A stretch of DNA of 64,000 nt from Azolla caroliniana. Its lineage: Eukaryota; Plantae; Polypodiophyta. Shown piece by piece: positions 12,201 to 26,276 of the stretch. Below the pieces are notes generated by a model that searched no databases, was not told the DNA's origin, and saw nothing but the letters and a program-made list of their open reading frames with translations. Made by a program: the position numbers and the translations under genes. Each line of letters opens with the position of its first letter. Position 1 is the stretch's first letter. The stretch covers positions 1 through 64,000 of the forward strand of contig JBHGNT010000079.1 of the NCBI GenBank assembly GCA_043228905.1, given 5' to 3'.

Positions 12201-14590
12201 TTACCTCATGGGTGGGTTATTGTGACACCATTCCCTTTCAAAATATTCATCCCTCTTTTTTAGGTAGACTTACATCAACAAGAAAATGCTAGAAAATGCT
12301 ATCACCCATCTCAAATATACAAAGTCAACTTAGTGTGAGCACAATCTATTGGAATGAAAACATGTGCGAGAATGAAAATTTCATGCATAACCATCAACTT
12401 GCTAACACCAACATGTAGGATCCCTACAATGGTTGTTTTAGGAATTGAACCTGATACACACTAAAAGTCAAGGCATGAATCAACTAAATACGTCTTTGGA
12501 CAATCATAAACCAGAAAAGGATGCTTAGACTCTTCAATGGAATGTCTACGATTGTTATTGAAGTGGTTTGTGTTGGCAATGAAGAATGAGTATCAAACAA
12601 ATAACCTAGGAGTGCTTTAACCCCAATGATAGAATGCTGATTGTGATAGGATAGTATTTTTTCAGTTTTTGTGAATGGGCGTTGTGTGTGAAACAAGAGA
12701 AACTAGTGTAAATGTAGAGTGGACAAAACATATATTTAAGGAATAAAAAATCAAGTTGGGTATGAAGTAGACTATGTGAGTTCTTGTTGCTTCTACCTAA
12801 AGCCTCTTTAATTAACCTTTCGAATTTGATTGTTCATATCCATTAAAGAGCATTCATTAAATCAATTGAGGTAAGGTTTCACTATAGAGGCATTACTAGG
12901 TATATGATCTTCACTTTTTGGTTCTTTGAATACTATGTTTATACAACTATGGTACTCACACTTCCATTCTACTCTTAATCCAAGGATATTAACTATTACA
13001 AACTAATGTCTCAAGGGGGGGTTACTCCACTTAATTAATGACTAGCTATAGGATTGATAATGCCTCTCTTATTTAGTTGGCTCACCTGTGCATGGGATGA
13101 GACTTATCTACAACTTGGAGAAAGCCTATCCCACAACCTAGCCCTCTAGAACCCATCACTTATTAGCACTTATGCCAGTGCACATTGTATGAAAAACTAG
13201 CATGCTATGATATAGTTTTTGATTGCTTAGTCTTAGGCCCCAATTTCTCATTGGACAAGCAATAACACTTGAATTTAAGTTATGAAGACTCAATTGTCCA
13301 AACAAGTGTGACATGGCCTCAAGGCAAATAGCTTTTGTAAGAGTACAAGAGTTACCTTCATGGCTCCTCTCATCATCTTGTCTCTACACTCTATAGAGCT
13401 TAAATTTTCTTTTGAGCTCTCTTGCAATTTGATGATCGAACCCCAAAGGAGCAAGAATGGAGGCAAGCCTACACAACTAGAAAAGGAACTCAAAATGCAT
13501 AGCAAGTGATGACCTATAGGCCTGCCCCAAGTTTAAAAATCATGTTATGGAACTGTAGAGGATGTCCATGGAACAAGTTCAAGTAAGTGTTAAGGCTCTC
13601 CCAAAGCCAAGACTCCTAGAGGTAGTGACATATGATTGTATAGGTTTTGGCCTTTTTCCCTTGTATTGGGGCCAATATTTGGAGTTAATACTTGCAATGT
13701 AATACATATAACAATCTTCACATTTTAGTGTCTTGTCTCTTCATCCCTATCCTTAGATCTCAATGATCACATACTTCATAGACCGAATGAAAGCTCCAAT
13801 TGATCAATTACTCCTCATTTCTAGATATGTTGATTTGGTCCCATGGGTCAAAATTGGCCTCATCATGGACAAAACAATATCTTATCTATTATAGCTAACC
13901 ATTGTGTAAGCTTAATTCATTAAAATAGTAATTATTAGTTCTCATACATATTGTCAGACTATTACATGAAGTCATTAAGCGTATAGTAGTTGAGTAAATA
14001 TCTCTGACCTTGTGAATAAGTGTAAGGTCAATTTGCTTAAAACCAACATAGCCCCTCAAGGCTATGAGAAGCCCCGAAACCTACAAGAAGGAAGACAATG
14101 GAAAGACCCTAAATGACAACCTCAAAGGACACAGGCTGAACAAATTTCACGGCAACTTTTTAAGCAAAAAATTCAACTGTTTTACAGCCTTATTCAGCTG
14201 AACATCATAAATTCTTAATTTAATGAAGAGAAGACGAAGGCTGCACAACAGCTCTAATCCATCCTCTGAAGAGCATACAAAATACCTGGTACATCTTAGA
14301 AGGCACTAATGGGATACATGTGTACCACACAATTTCTTGAAAAAATGTTGAATCACTAGTGCAGTCCAAGGTATGTAAAACCAAATATTAAGGAATCTAG
14401 ATACAATGGTTTAGTCTTATTTACTGAAAGCATTACCTTCATCATAAAGAATTATATCTGGCCATATTGGTGTTTCCTCCCAGCTCCTTGAAATCTCTCA
14501 TAAAAGAAAAATAAGAAATACAACTATCAAAACCTTTCGTGTAGATTGATGAGAGCGAATAAGTATATCTTGAGAAACATTAAAATGTCG

Positions 14591-17500
14591 TTAGTTTGTT
14601 GTTTTTCTTCCATCTTGATGAGCTTTAACCATCTGTTTAAACCGATGCCTTCTTAGAAATAGCTTCAGTCCAAAAATCCATTGTTTCTTTCTATGCTTCT
14701 TTCGTGGGGCTAATGGATCCCCTTTATCATTAGATTGACTGCCATTCATAACTTGAAATGGATTTTTACCAGCTTCCCCAGACATTTTCCTCCTTTTTGT
14801 ATGCTGATAGAGACCTAAAACATTCTGCTCTGATATTTGCTTCTTTCTTACTTTCTTCATCTTCCCTTTATCACACGCTTTTGGCCTAACATCAAAACCA
14901 TGGTGGATAGTTTAGGAAATTGTAAATTCAAACTTGCCAAAGACTTTTGAAAATATAAATGCAAATCTATGTCTCTACAATCTAGTAAGTTCACCATTCA
15001 TCCAGCAAATGACTATTGTGAGTTGGTCTTTCTTCACTGAATTTTGGAAAGCACGTATCATTATTTTCTTTACATTCTTCTGCCTCATCCCATAGTGGTG
15101 CTGCACAATAACGCACTAAGTTTGAGGGCATTTGAAAACTGCAATTGTGAAGAGTAAACAAAGAACAGAAATATAGCAAGCATACCGGTTGCATCTAAAC
15201 AACCAGCGCCACTATTGAGCATTGGAATACCAGGTTTACATTTCAACTCACTGTCATGTCCTGATTTCTTCAGGAATTGAAGGTTCAACTCCGCAGGATC
15301 TGTGACTTCTGCAACATTCCCTTGGACACTTCTGGTCACACTAGCTTTAGTCGCAGCTGGGTCTGTAACTATGCCCATTTTGGATCCGGAGACATTCCCA
15401 TTCATTTTTGGGGCCAAACAATCAAATTCAGTTCCTCTTCGAGAATGATGATTCCCAACATCTGAACCAGAAGAAAGGTCTCTTTTGCTCTCACTATTCT
15501 GATCTCTCTCTATGCATTTTTCCTGAGACTTGCCTATAGGATCACCATCTCTGTTAGCTTTGGTGAACCCAATATCCATGCCCTTTCTGAAATGTTGTTT
15601 GCTAGAGGTTGCTCCTTCGCTTGGTATATATTTAAATGATGATGTTTCTTTTTTGCATTGCTTATTGTCAGCAATACAAGTAGATGAATTTCCATTCTCT
15701 TTGGCAGCCTCAATATCTATGCCCTTCGGTGCTGTCAGCATTCCTTCACTATTTTGATGTTTCGATGTCGATCTTTCCAGAGATTTGGTCACGGATATTC
15801 CATTTCCGTTCACTTTGGTGACACCAAAATCTGTAGACTTCTGGTAGTCAATCATACCTGAAGAAGTCAATATTTTCACATCTCTTATGTAAAAAAGCAT
15901 GTATGCCTTCTGATCAAGCACCGTCTTTTCGCTCACTTGAGACACCTGGGATTATATTGACATGATGTATAAAATATAATAATCCAACAAAGCTCACAGT
16001 AAACGATATAAAACATTCAACTCAAAACATGGAAATACCCGGCTGTCATCTAATACATGCCAAGTGTCTGCAGTTGTGCGTACAAAACAATAATAATGCC
16101 CTGAGTGAGTCGACCACCCAGAATGCACTAGGACAGCATATAATGAGTATCTTGATTCTGCAAGCTGCGTACCAAACCTACTCAATTAAGGCCAAAACAG
16201 AAAGGACTCAACTTCAGAAAAAATATGCACAATTAAATTACCTCTCCTCTATTCACATATGGCTTAATATCAAATGTTCTATCGAAGTGAACTTTTTTGT
16301 CAATTTTTCCACCAAACCCTCCAGAAGTACTAAACCGCTTTAATTGAATTGCTAGCACATGTGGTGCATGATCAATCGTAAATTGCTTGAAAGCTCTGAC
16401 TTTCTTCTTGCATTTACTACATTGATATTTGTTGTTTCCATCCAAGACTTCAACCGCTGTAAAACGGGTCAATGCCTTCTCTATAGACTCTGCTTTAACA
16501 ATTTCCAGACTAAGGTCTAGAAAAGGGTCATATGTATTAGAACAATGGGAGCACTGAGTGCATTTCACCTGAAAAAGAAAAAAATAAGGAGCACATTGTT
16601 TATGTTCTATGATGGCTTGACCCATAATTTACTACAAACAGTAACTTCTGCAAAAGCAAGCAACACAAATATTCATGCACACCACAAACATTCCGAATGT
16701 TGAGACTTGAAGCTAAATGAGGTCCAATTTCAATCATCATCAGGCACGTCAAACTCTATGCATAACCAATCTAAGTTCTCCCTCTGGATTTTGTGATGAT
16801 GATGTATTGTGTGTAAATTTATCATTTAGAAATCTCTTCTCTCAAAAACTAATTCCAGAAATCATGAACCCTAGCATTAAACTCTTGATTGTCTTTGAGA
16901 ACAGAACACTTTATTAATGTTAATTGATCATGAACTGTCTTCATTTGAAGATCACTCCAAATCTCTGACTTCAATACGGAAAGGTATGCACCCTAAATCA
17001 TAAACACCTTGATTTGCCCTATGTTTCAGCATTGGTTTATAAATACCTGACTTCTAAGCCGACCTCCAAAGACTCTCTCAATATAGTTTTTGTGAGACGA
17101 GCCTGGAAAAGCTTCACGTGGGCAGCATTTTTGCAAAGCTTCAATTAAGTGGCGCATGTATTCATGAGCATCTTCTTGCCGCCACATCTGGAATGATCTG
17201 GAAATAGCTGCCGGATTTGATCTGGTTAGAAAACCTCCAGCGTACCTTAAAAAACTACATGAAACAAAGAGAGTAAAATCTCCTACAGAACCCTAAAGTT
17301 TGAAGCAGAAGAGCTAAATTTGATTGAGTTACGAAAATCCCATGCTTATGATATTAAAAACTCCCAATATTAGGCCATAAGGGCCTCTTACAAATCTTAA
17401 AACATAAACAAATCTGATCCAGAAAAATGGAGAGCTTACCTCGCAAATTCTTCACTAGATGAGTTGGAGAGAGAACCCTTCCAGGTGCTGATGATAATGC

Positions 17501-18700
17501 TTGCTTTGCATGGTTTTCCAGGGCACACATTGCGCAGAAACCCCGTACCTGACCTATAGAATATAAAAATAACGAATTTATTATGTATTGGGACTTGCAT
17601 CAAGGCGGAAACTAGCTTAATTGGCATTTGGTATGAATAGATCGCAAAGGGAAGTACGCTTGGGAATTTGTTTTCTTATGAAAGGACCTGGTTTCATCTT
17701 CATGCATGAACACTGTGGTGGACCACAGAATGAATATGTCAGGGAATGGCCTTTGTGATGCCCCTACATGGTGGCTATGGACGGGATGCATTGATCATGC
17801 ATAATCCCATCTCATAGATCCCCCATTAGCATCAGTCCTTTCCTCGGAAGCCCTCAAAGATCCCATCAGAGGCAGTGTCAATTATTGGATTTGGACATGA
17901 TTTTCAATACAAAATAATGTATCAAGTGAATGTGTTATTTATTTCCTAACTGAAAGGAACAACCTGATGGCGGACTCACATGAGCTTTTATGAAGATTTG
18001 CCTGGAGATAAGCTGCAAGCGGCGGTGTGTAAGTGAGGCATTGAATGACGGAATTGAGGAAGCAAGTATTGCCAAGATTCAAAAGCCCTGCCCCCTGATA
18101 GAGCAAAATTATTACACCACAAATCAGAACCCCAATACTAAGACCTCTCTGGGACGTATGCATTCAAAACCCTACTTCTGAGAGATGTCGGAGAAATTCA
18201 AACATAAAACACTAATTTTGAGACGTTTATTATCAACCCCCTCGTGCTGCAACTTTAACTGTCAAACCATATGTAGTTTGATATATTCCTTATTGACCCT
18301 AATTTAGAGATACTTCTAACGACCTTGAATGACAACCCTACTTATCAGATATTTCTGATAATACTAAATCAAAATTTCAAACCCTAAATGTGATGTATTT
18401 CTTATAATCCTCTAATTCTCGAAGTTTCTGGGAAGACTGAATCGAAACCCTAATTATTGAACCTAAGAGGGGGATGTTTAAAGAGAATGAGAGATAAAGT
18501 GGAGCAAGATAACGATGGAGAGAATGCTGAGGACTCACGATTCTCTTCACGTGAGCGATCTCCAGAGCCTGATGATGATGGTGATGATGAAGCTTCGCGC
18601 GATGGTCTCCATCGTTGGTTCCGCCTCTGCATTTGAGAGAGATGGAGGAAACATGTCGTCCTTCTTCTTCTTCTTCTGTTACTATTCTGACGCCCACCAT
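14591..18700 (-). CDS. UBP23: Ubiquitin-specific protease, UBP23/USP36-42-like (9 exons, ~778 aa)
   Basis: Proposed exons 18700-18383, 18094-17980, 17553-17440, 17207-17047, 16568-16242, 16164-16039, 15945-15186, 15115-14995, 14885-14591; all GT-AG, total 2337 nt, in frame. Cys box [48 protein letters not shown], His box [19 protein letters not shown]...[16 protein letters not shown]-terminal DEW..CDKGK..KK and NPFQ resemble plant UBP23. Exon 1 and the exon 8 acceptor are least certain. Confidence 0.9.
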
Positions 18701-19596
18701 GGCCGCAGCAAAGAAGCTGTGGAAGGGAAGGGAATGAGCAGCAACAGGGGAGAGGAAGGTTTTATGTAAGCCCTAAAATAAAGTCTTTGAGAGAACTCAG
18801 GAATCAGAAAACAGAATTCTTCCCAAATGCCCTCCACTTTCCCCTATTTCCCCAAATGCCCTCCGTTTTTCGTTATTGCCCCAAATGCCCTCCATATATT
18901 TCCCTATTTCGTCAAATGCCCTTGCCCAACACCCCTCCATTAATCCCATCGAAATGTAACTGGAGCACACGCATGTCATCCCATCCTTTCTCTCTCTCTT
19001 CCATTGTTGGCTTTTGTGGCAATTGCTATTGCTATATCAGATGAATGGGACATGCACATAATTGATCATAAATGTCAATCAAAAGGTCACAAATGGTGAT
19101 ATTTTAGTATGTGTTGATTGTTGTTGGATAAGATACCCATGGACTCATCATAGTATGCTTTTGCACAAATGGCACGCATTATCACTATCATGTGTTTATT
19201 TTGTACACTATCTCCTGATGGATTAGAGCACAATGCGTGTTTAGCATAATGCATATGGACTTTGTTATTCAAAAATGTGGACTAGTTTGACAAAAGTTGT
19301 TACACTTTCTCCCTTTCTGAGGCATCATTGCTCTTCTGGTTAGGCTAGTCCCATTACTAGCATCATAACATTTCCACTTTGTTATTTCTTAAAGCATCGT
19401 TGTTCTTCTGCTCAGGGTAGTCCCATTACTGGCATCATAGCATTTCCACTTTCGTCTCCTATAGGAGCTCGTGGTGCAATCGCAGAGGCACATGTCGGTA
19501 GGGCATGGTTTTGTGAAGGTGGCGCGTTTGGTACCAGGTGAGAGATAGAGAGGGATTTTGATAAGACAAATTTTCTCGTGTCACTAGTTCCAGAAT

Positions 19597-19642
<46 letters not shown>

Positions 19643-20013
19643 AAAACAAGCGACATCATGACCAATACCGGTAAAATGGGTAAGACATACAGATTGGCAT
19701 TGCACAAGTGTGAGACGTGCAACACTTCTATTAGGAATGTTGACCGATTAAGAAATAGTTAATGAGCTTCAAAGATCTTAATCAAGCAATTAATTAACCA
19801 GGTTATCTTAATTAGTCAGTTAACTAATAATTAAGGCGAAAGAGACGGATTGAGAGAGAGACGGATAGAGAGAGAATGTGGTCTGTCTCAGAAAAGCTCT
19901 CCTCACGAGAGATTCGCCTTTTTCTTCTTCCCCTTCTTCGAGAAAGAAGAGCCAAGAGAAAGACGAGATGACATGCTCCTGAACCTGAACCTCTCTGCAC
20001 TGACGAAGCAGCC
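18701..20013. promoter_or_regulatory. Shared divergent (head-to-head) promoter region of the UBP and lipase genes
   Basis: The two start codons are 1.3 kb apart in opposite orientation. Contains (GA)n at ~19598-19639 and a ~72-bp duplication at 19321-19452. Confidence 0.6.
18824..18922. repeat. Four CAAATGCCCT motifs at 29-31 bp period just upstream of the UBP gene
   Basis: Copies at 18824, 18853, 18882 and 18913. Confidence 0.8.
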
Positions 20014-23000
20014 ATGGCTTCTCCTCCCCCTCACTCCATTCGAACCAACCTGCTTCCTGCTTCATCTCTTCTGTGCAAAGTTAGAGTTCCGCACCGTCTC
20101 TTTGCTGCGTGCCACGCCACGCTCCTTGGCTTGTCTCTCTGGGGAGCATTCTTAGCCCAGGTTTATGATTCAGATCTTTTCTGGTCTTCCTCCATTGTGG
20201 CCGGGACATGCTTGATTCGCATTCTGTGGATGATAAGTAGTGCCTTCTCACAAGCTGCAGTTGCTTCTACAATTCTTGCTCATGGTTTCGGTATTGGTTC
20301 TTCTTTCGATACACAGACTATGTCCGTTGCTGACAAACAATGCCGAAGACAACGCCGAGTGAGTCATCATTCTTCTCCCATTCATTTCATTTTCCTATCA
20401 GAATAAATGGAACTTTTCATCTTTTTATACAGATGATGATGCTTCTTTGAAACCTTCTGTATTAATTGAAAACTCTTATCCACAAGATTGAGCTCGTCCT
20501 TTTGATTCTAAGATCATCATTTCTCAATTGTAAATCATCTTCTTTTGCTCTATGCATTTGAGAAAACCATAAATCAAAACATGAAATTTGTTCTTCAAAG
20601 GTCATTGTTTTTCTATGGAAAACTGTAATTGATCCAAACATGGCAATCTCTAAATACAGATGATATATTATGCTTGGAAGGATCTAACTTCGTCTAATGC
20701 AAAATATAGATTTAAACTTAATGTGAAACACTTGAGGCCATACAAGAGACTTTTGTGTTCAATCCAAGGTGATGCTTTATGAAAGCATTATAGTTCATAA
20801 TGCTAAGCTATCCGTGAATGTACCTTTTTATATAACCATGGTTGCATTCTTGCTCTCTATATGTTAGAAACCCTTGTAGACATAATAAGATTTATTCTAT
20901 AAGGTCAGATTTTAGATAGTTATGACTGCTTTACAACCTTTTTGTAGAAATAGTTTTTTTGTCAAAACTGACCTCTTGCAAGGTGTGCAACAGAATGGAC
21001 TAAAAACATAACCTTTGAGGTCATTGTTTCAATGGATGTGGATACTAACCCCAATAGGTGCTTTACAACCATTCTGTATATGGTGCTTTTTAATCCAATT
21101 TTGAACTATTGGATGCAAGGAAATGTAATAGAAAAGATAAAACTTATTCTTTATGGCTGGTGTTTAGATGAAACTTGATGATAACTGTAATAGGGGATAT
21201 GCTAGAAGAGAAATTTACTTGCTAATGCATTTCGGTTCTATTTAAGGGAAGAAAACAACATTCAAGAGATTCGGAAAAGATGTGTAGGTAGCCTGTGGAC
21301 ATGTCACAGTAGATGGTACAGCTGATATAACATCAGTAGTGCTGAGCGTTTCCGAATCAGTTTTCTTTACACAGTTCTTGACCTTTTTAAGGGATTCCAA
21401 TTCACACGTATGCTGTTAACCCAAGTGTATAAGTCATAGTAGATGGAGGAGCTGTATTCACAATCAATAGTGACGAATTTTTCTAATGATTGGTTTTGAA
21501 GTACAATGCTCTTTACATTGTGTAGGCTTATATTTGCTTCTATTTTGTGAAATCCAATTGGATATGTAGTTACAAAGGGAGGAGCTACAGTTACCATGTA
21601 TAGTTAATATTGATTATTTCCTGTGATGGAGTTATTTCAATGATATGATGGCTTATATTTACCTGTGCATTGAAACATTTCGTCCTTTTATTCTTCAGAT
21701 ATCATATGTACGCTGGCTTTGGTGTGGAAGATTTGGTTTGCTCGTGACTCTGCTACAGCTGGTTGCGGCAGCATATTTGACATTTTCCTTTGTGAATATG
21801 ACTTCCAAAACCAAAAAGAGATGCAATTCAGGTTTGCATGCTTTCTGTTCCTACTGTAGAAGGATTTGATCTTGTTGCATCCAAATACTGTGCTCAGAAA
21901 CGGGGTTTTGATTGGGATAGCAGATGATAAGTGCCCTGGAAAATGGCACCATGAAGTCTTTCTCACTTTAACTCTTGGGTCATGGATTTTAACTCTGACA
22001 CAATGCTGCATGGGGTCGGACATTTTGGCATGGCGTAGTTTGTATGCAAGACATCATGAAGCATGGAGAGCCTATTACCATGAGATGTTCGACTATGGAA
22101 TACGTGAAGCCCTTTGCTGCCTTGGAAGAGTTCGGTATATGTAAGTGAATGGGCTCATTCTAATGTCTGTTTTTAGAGAACTTTCACAGGAGATTTACAG
22201 AAGAATTGATTGAACTCTTTGCAGAAAACGAGATGATGATGAAGTAGATTCTGTAGCGGCAGTTTTAGGTGACCTCGTATCATACCGAGCTGCCGGTGCA
22301 AGCCACTTGGAATTTCTTGCAGGTTAGCTTATGCTCCATTATATGCATACAGACTATTTATTAGCGATAACCAATATAGTATTATAGCGTGCTTGAAGGC
22401 CTAACTAGTAATATGTTACAGATTTTATTAGACCTAATTGATGCACAAACTTACATGCACAATTTGTTTCTGTATAGTTGTACATTGTCTTTTGCATATG
22501 CACTCATGATATCTTGATTCTATTTAGACCTCTTTTTTATGTATGGACAGGGCTTGCACTTTTACAATTGCAGCCTTCTCAACAACCCACTGCAGAACAA
22601 TTTCCAACTGCCCCTGTGTCACTCATTGAAGAAGCAACTATTCTGCATCCGTTTGCAGTTGCTGCTTACACGGTATGTTGAGAAAGGGAAGCCTTTGTTT
22701 CTAACAAAAAGTAAGCAACATTCTATGTGCAGTCATGCCACATCGATGAAAAGTTTTGTTTACTTATACATGTTCAGGGGCTGTTGCTAGACATTGGAAG
22801 GAATCCTTTGCTATTCCCGTGTGCTTGGATTCGTCGACAAGGGGTGCTTACTCCTTGGAAGAGGAACAGGTTACTAAAAATGTACTATGACTTGATTGAA
22901 ATAATACTCTATATGGAATTGACTGATTCTACCAATTCTAGGTTGCCAAACCTAGAGGGGGACAACTGGTGGAAAGGTCATGCTGCAGCATTTTTGAGAT

Positions 23001-26000
23001 ATTCTAAGCTGCCTCCAGAAGCCCTTCGTAAAGGGCGAGTGTGTCAGGTGCAATGCTTGATAACCGAACTATGTATTTACATACGTGAAAATGCACAATT
23101 CCTTGTTGTTAGTAAGCGTAAGCTGATTGATGTATTATCTATTACACATGTATGGAAATATGCATTGAAAGTTTGGTATGTATAATCACATTTCCTTTCT
23201 AGTGCAAAGATAATCATTACAACCATCAATGAAATAAGTATGCATCGAGATTCACATCTATGTGTTTTTGCTATTTCTAGAACTTATATATTGAGGTCTG
23301 ATGGGGGCTTGGTAAAAAGTAGCTTAGAACATGAAAATCCAAACGGGGACCTTCTAGGCACAAGAATTACTGTGTGTTCTACCATGATGTGGAAATCAAG
23401 GCATTCTGTATCTTAACTTCATTTCATTTTTCCTTGAATGTTTCATTTGCTAGCTAAGATTTAGTATGATTTACAAAGAAAATCTTTAGCCAAGCTTTGA
23501 GTTATCAATTCCATGTGCCGTGAAGATCTTTCAGATAATATTGTTTTGCTAATGATTTATTTGTGTACAATGGGTATTGAAAAATGAATACAAATGGATA
23601 GCTTATATATGAATAATGTAATTCAAGTTTGAACTTATGATTTTAGGAAAAACGGGAATGTGCTTATTTTGTGGCAGTTGAGCATCATCTACGGTGTGTT
23701 ATAGTAGCTGTTCGTGGTACAGAGTCCCCTGAAGACCTTTTGACAGACGGTCTTGGAAAAGAATCAATGCTTAATCAAATAGATCTTGGGTTTCTAACGT
23801 ATGTGTCTCATTAATGCCAGTATCATTTATATAGATATTTAATGATGCTATATAAATGTTTATTTTTATTCTGCTTACTAGTTGAAAACGTTTTGCAACT
23901 TTATAAATTTGCAAATTGTAAGTTGATTTCTTTTTACAGAAGTGAATCATTTCCAGGAAACCTACACTTTCAATCTGCAACGTCACATTTTGCACATGAA
24001 GGTATCATTGATGCAGCGAGGGAGCTGGCCTTACAGCTTGACAATTTCTCTGAGTTTGATACAACTTCAAGTAGTGTGAGTATAGAAGGTATGAACCATG
24101 CGCTTGCTATTGGACATGCCAAAAATTTGAGGAAAGTTTTAATCAAGAGAATGTGTTGATGTAAACAAGCATAACTGGTTATCTCTTAGAGCTGTCATGA
24201 AACAACACCTCCTTCAATTCTGACTCGGAATTATTCAACATAAGAGTATTCTGTAATATATCATTACTCATATGGAATCAATGTGCTATTACACTCACTT
24301 TAATTGTGCTCTTCATGGCTAAATAGTTTTTTAAAGAGAAAAATGGTGTCATTATAAACCAACAAAATGGAAAACTCAAATAAATACAAAAAGCATGACT
24401 TGCCTCTCATTGGGCTAAGATTGAATTTAATTTACATATACATACACACTGATTACTGAGATGTGCTCAAGGTCATTGGATTACATGCCTCTTTTCAAAA
24501 TCCATCATTAAAATGTGGATCAATGTGTTATTGATTAAAGGATTTTGTATGGAACATTCAGCACCAATTTCTTACTTCACATTTTCTGTTCAACTTGAAG
24601 ATATGCATACTCAAAATGAATTGGGAATTCTTACTTCTCTTCTTGGACCTGGTGGAGAATGTGAGGGATATGCATTGCGATTTGTTGGTCATTCACTAGG
24701 GGGTTCAATAGCAACTCTCACAGCATTAAGAGTAATATATGAACTTAAGCCTAAATAGTCTGGACCTTAGCATAAAAAACTAATTAATCAGTCCATTTCA
24801 ATTGCAGCTTCATGCACGGTACCCACAGTTGCATGTATATGGGTATGGTGTTTTACCGTGTTTGGATGCTTGGACTGCGGATGCATGCACAAGTTTTGTA
24901 ACAAGGTGTGTATCCTTAACTATAGTTCACATACATTTAGTACATAGTATGTGGGTGCTCAGTTTTGTGACAAGATGTGTACATCCATCTCCTTTTTGGG
25001 GGTGGCCTGAAGTGCATTACCTGTTCCCATGATAATTTCTTCTAGATTGGGTCAGTATAGCTGTCTGTTTGGGCAGAGATTTTTGTCATTATGTTTCTGA
25101 TTTATATTACTGTTTTATTTCATGGTAGTATTGTATACAATGATGAATTCTCTTCAAGGCTGTCAGTATCATCTATTAAACGTCTTCGAATGGCTGCTGT
25201 GAAAGCTTTAGCTATGAAGACGTCAGATGTTGGGATGATGACAAAACTTGCACAACAGTTGTTGGACACGGGTCAAGAGAATGGCTCTTCGACTATCAGT
25301 GGTTTAGAAAACGTTGAATTTACCAAAGAGGTGGCAGTGTCCAAAAGATCCAATAAATGCAGAACCAGACGATTTAAGTTCAAATTGAAAGGTGGCATTT
25401 ATCTATGCTCTCATGCTTGCCGTTGCGTAATATATATGTCAAATTATAGCTCTACAAAGTCACCAACTTTACAGAATAATGGTGCCAGGCAATATACGTT
25501 GTGTGCTCATGGAGCTACTAATCAGTTGAGCATAGGAGGTCCTTTAGAAGTTTTACCATGTTTGGAAGGATGTATATTTGCTGGATATGATGGGAATGTT
25601 AGTGGTATGCATGAGGAGGTTGCTGATATAGAGAAAATTTATTTGGATGCAGGCAGAGAAAACAGTGATCTACCACCTGATGAGTTAGAAGAATTGGTTG
25701 TGACAGGTGGCGGAGATGAGCACAATCATGCCTTCAAACCAATAGGTCCTGAAGAGAATGGTGAATCACATGTAATGAATTCTTGCAATGGTTCTGACAG
25801 TAGAGAGGATGTTGGGTCTATGATTTTTCAAGAAAATCAAGAAGAACACGAGTTGTTTTTGCCAGGATTGATCGTACACATAATTCCTGTTAAAAATACC
25901 ACCACATGGCAGTGGGGATGGGATAAGAAAGTGCAGCGGATGTGTGAGCATCAGGCATTGGTGAAGGATAGAAGAAGCTTTCGGGAGATTCTGGTTTCTC

Positions 26001-26276
26001 CATCAATGTTTCTAGACCACATGCCATGGAGGTATCCATCTCTTCTGTCTAATGAAATGATAAAATTAGTAAATGTATTAGTAAAACCGTATGTATCCAT
26101 TATTTCTGTATATAATTGAGCAAATCATAGAAGGAATGCTCAAATATGACATATTCCTTTGTTGTGGTTACAGATGTCAGCAAGCACTTGATCGTGTGCT
26201 TGAACAGTTGCAATCTGAGAGGCATGATACCAGTGGAACACAGACAATCAATGATTGTGTTGATACAATGGTGTAG
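20014..26276 (+). CDS. Lipase class 3 / sn1-diacylglycerol-lipase-like membrane protein (At1g05790-like; 13 exons, ~883 aa)
   Basis: Proposed exons 20014-20358, 21699-21831, 21921-22140, 22225-22322, 22551-22672, 22778-22869, 22942-23047, 23647-23798, 23940-24088, 24601-24731, 24808-24905, 25129-26031, 26174-26276; total 2652 nt, in frame. N-terminal TM helices, GSDILAWRSLY, GDNWWKGHAAAF, VAVRGTESPEDLLTD, catalytic GHSLGG, LPGLIVHI, VSPSMFLDHMPWR. Confidence 0.93.

Noticed and set aside
10980-13900. Short ORFs and probable old TE debris
   Set aside because: No recognisable domain, terminal repeats or splice-consistent model.
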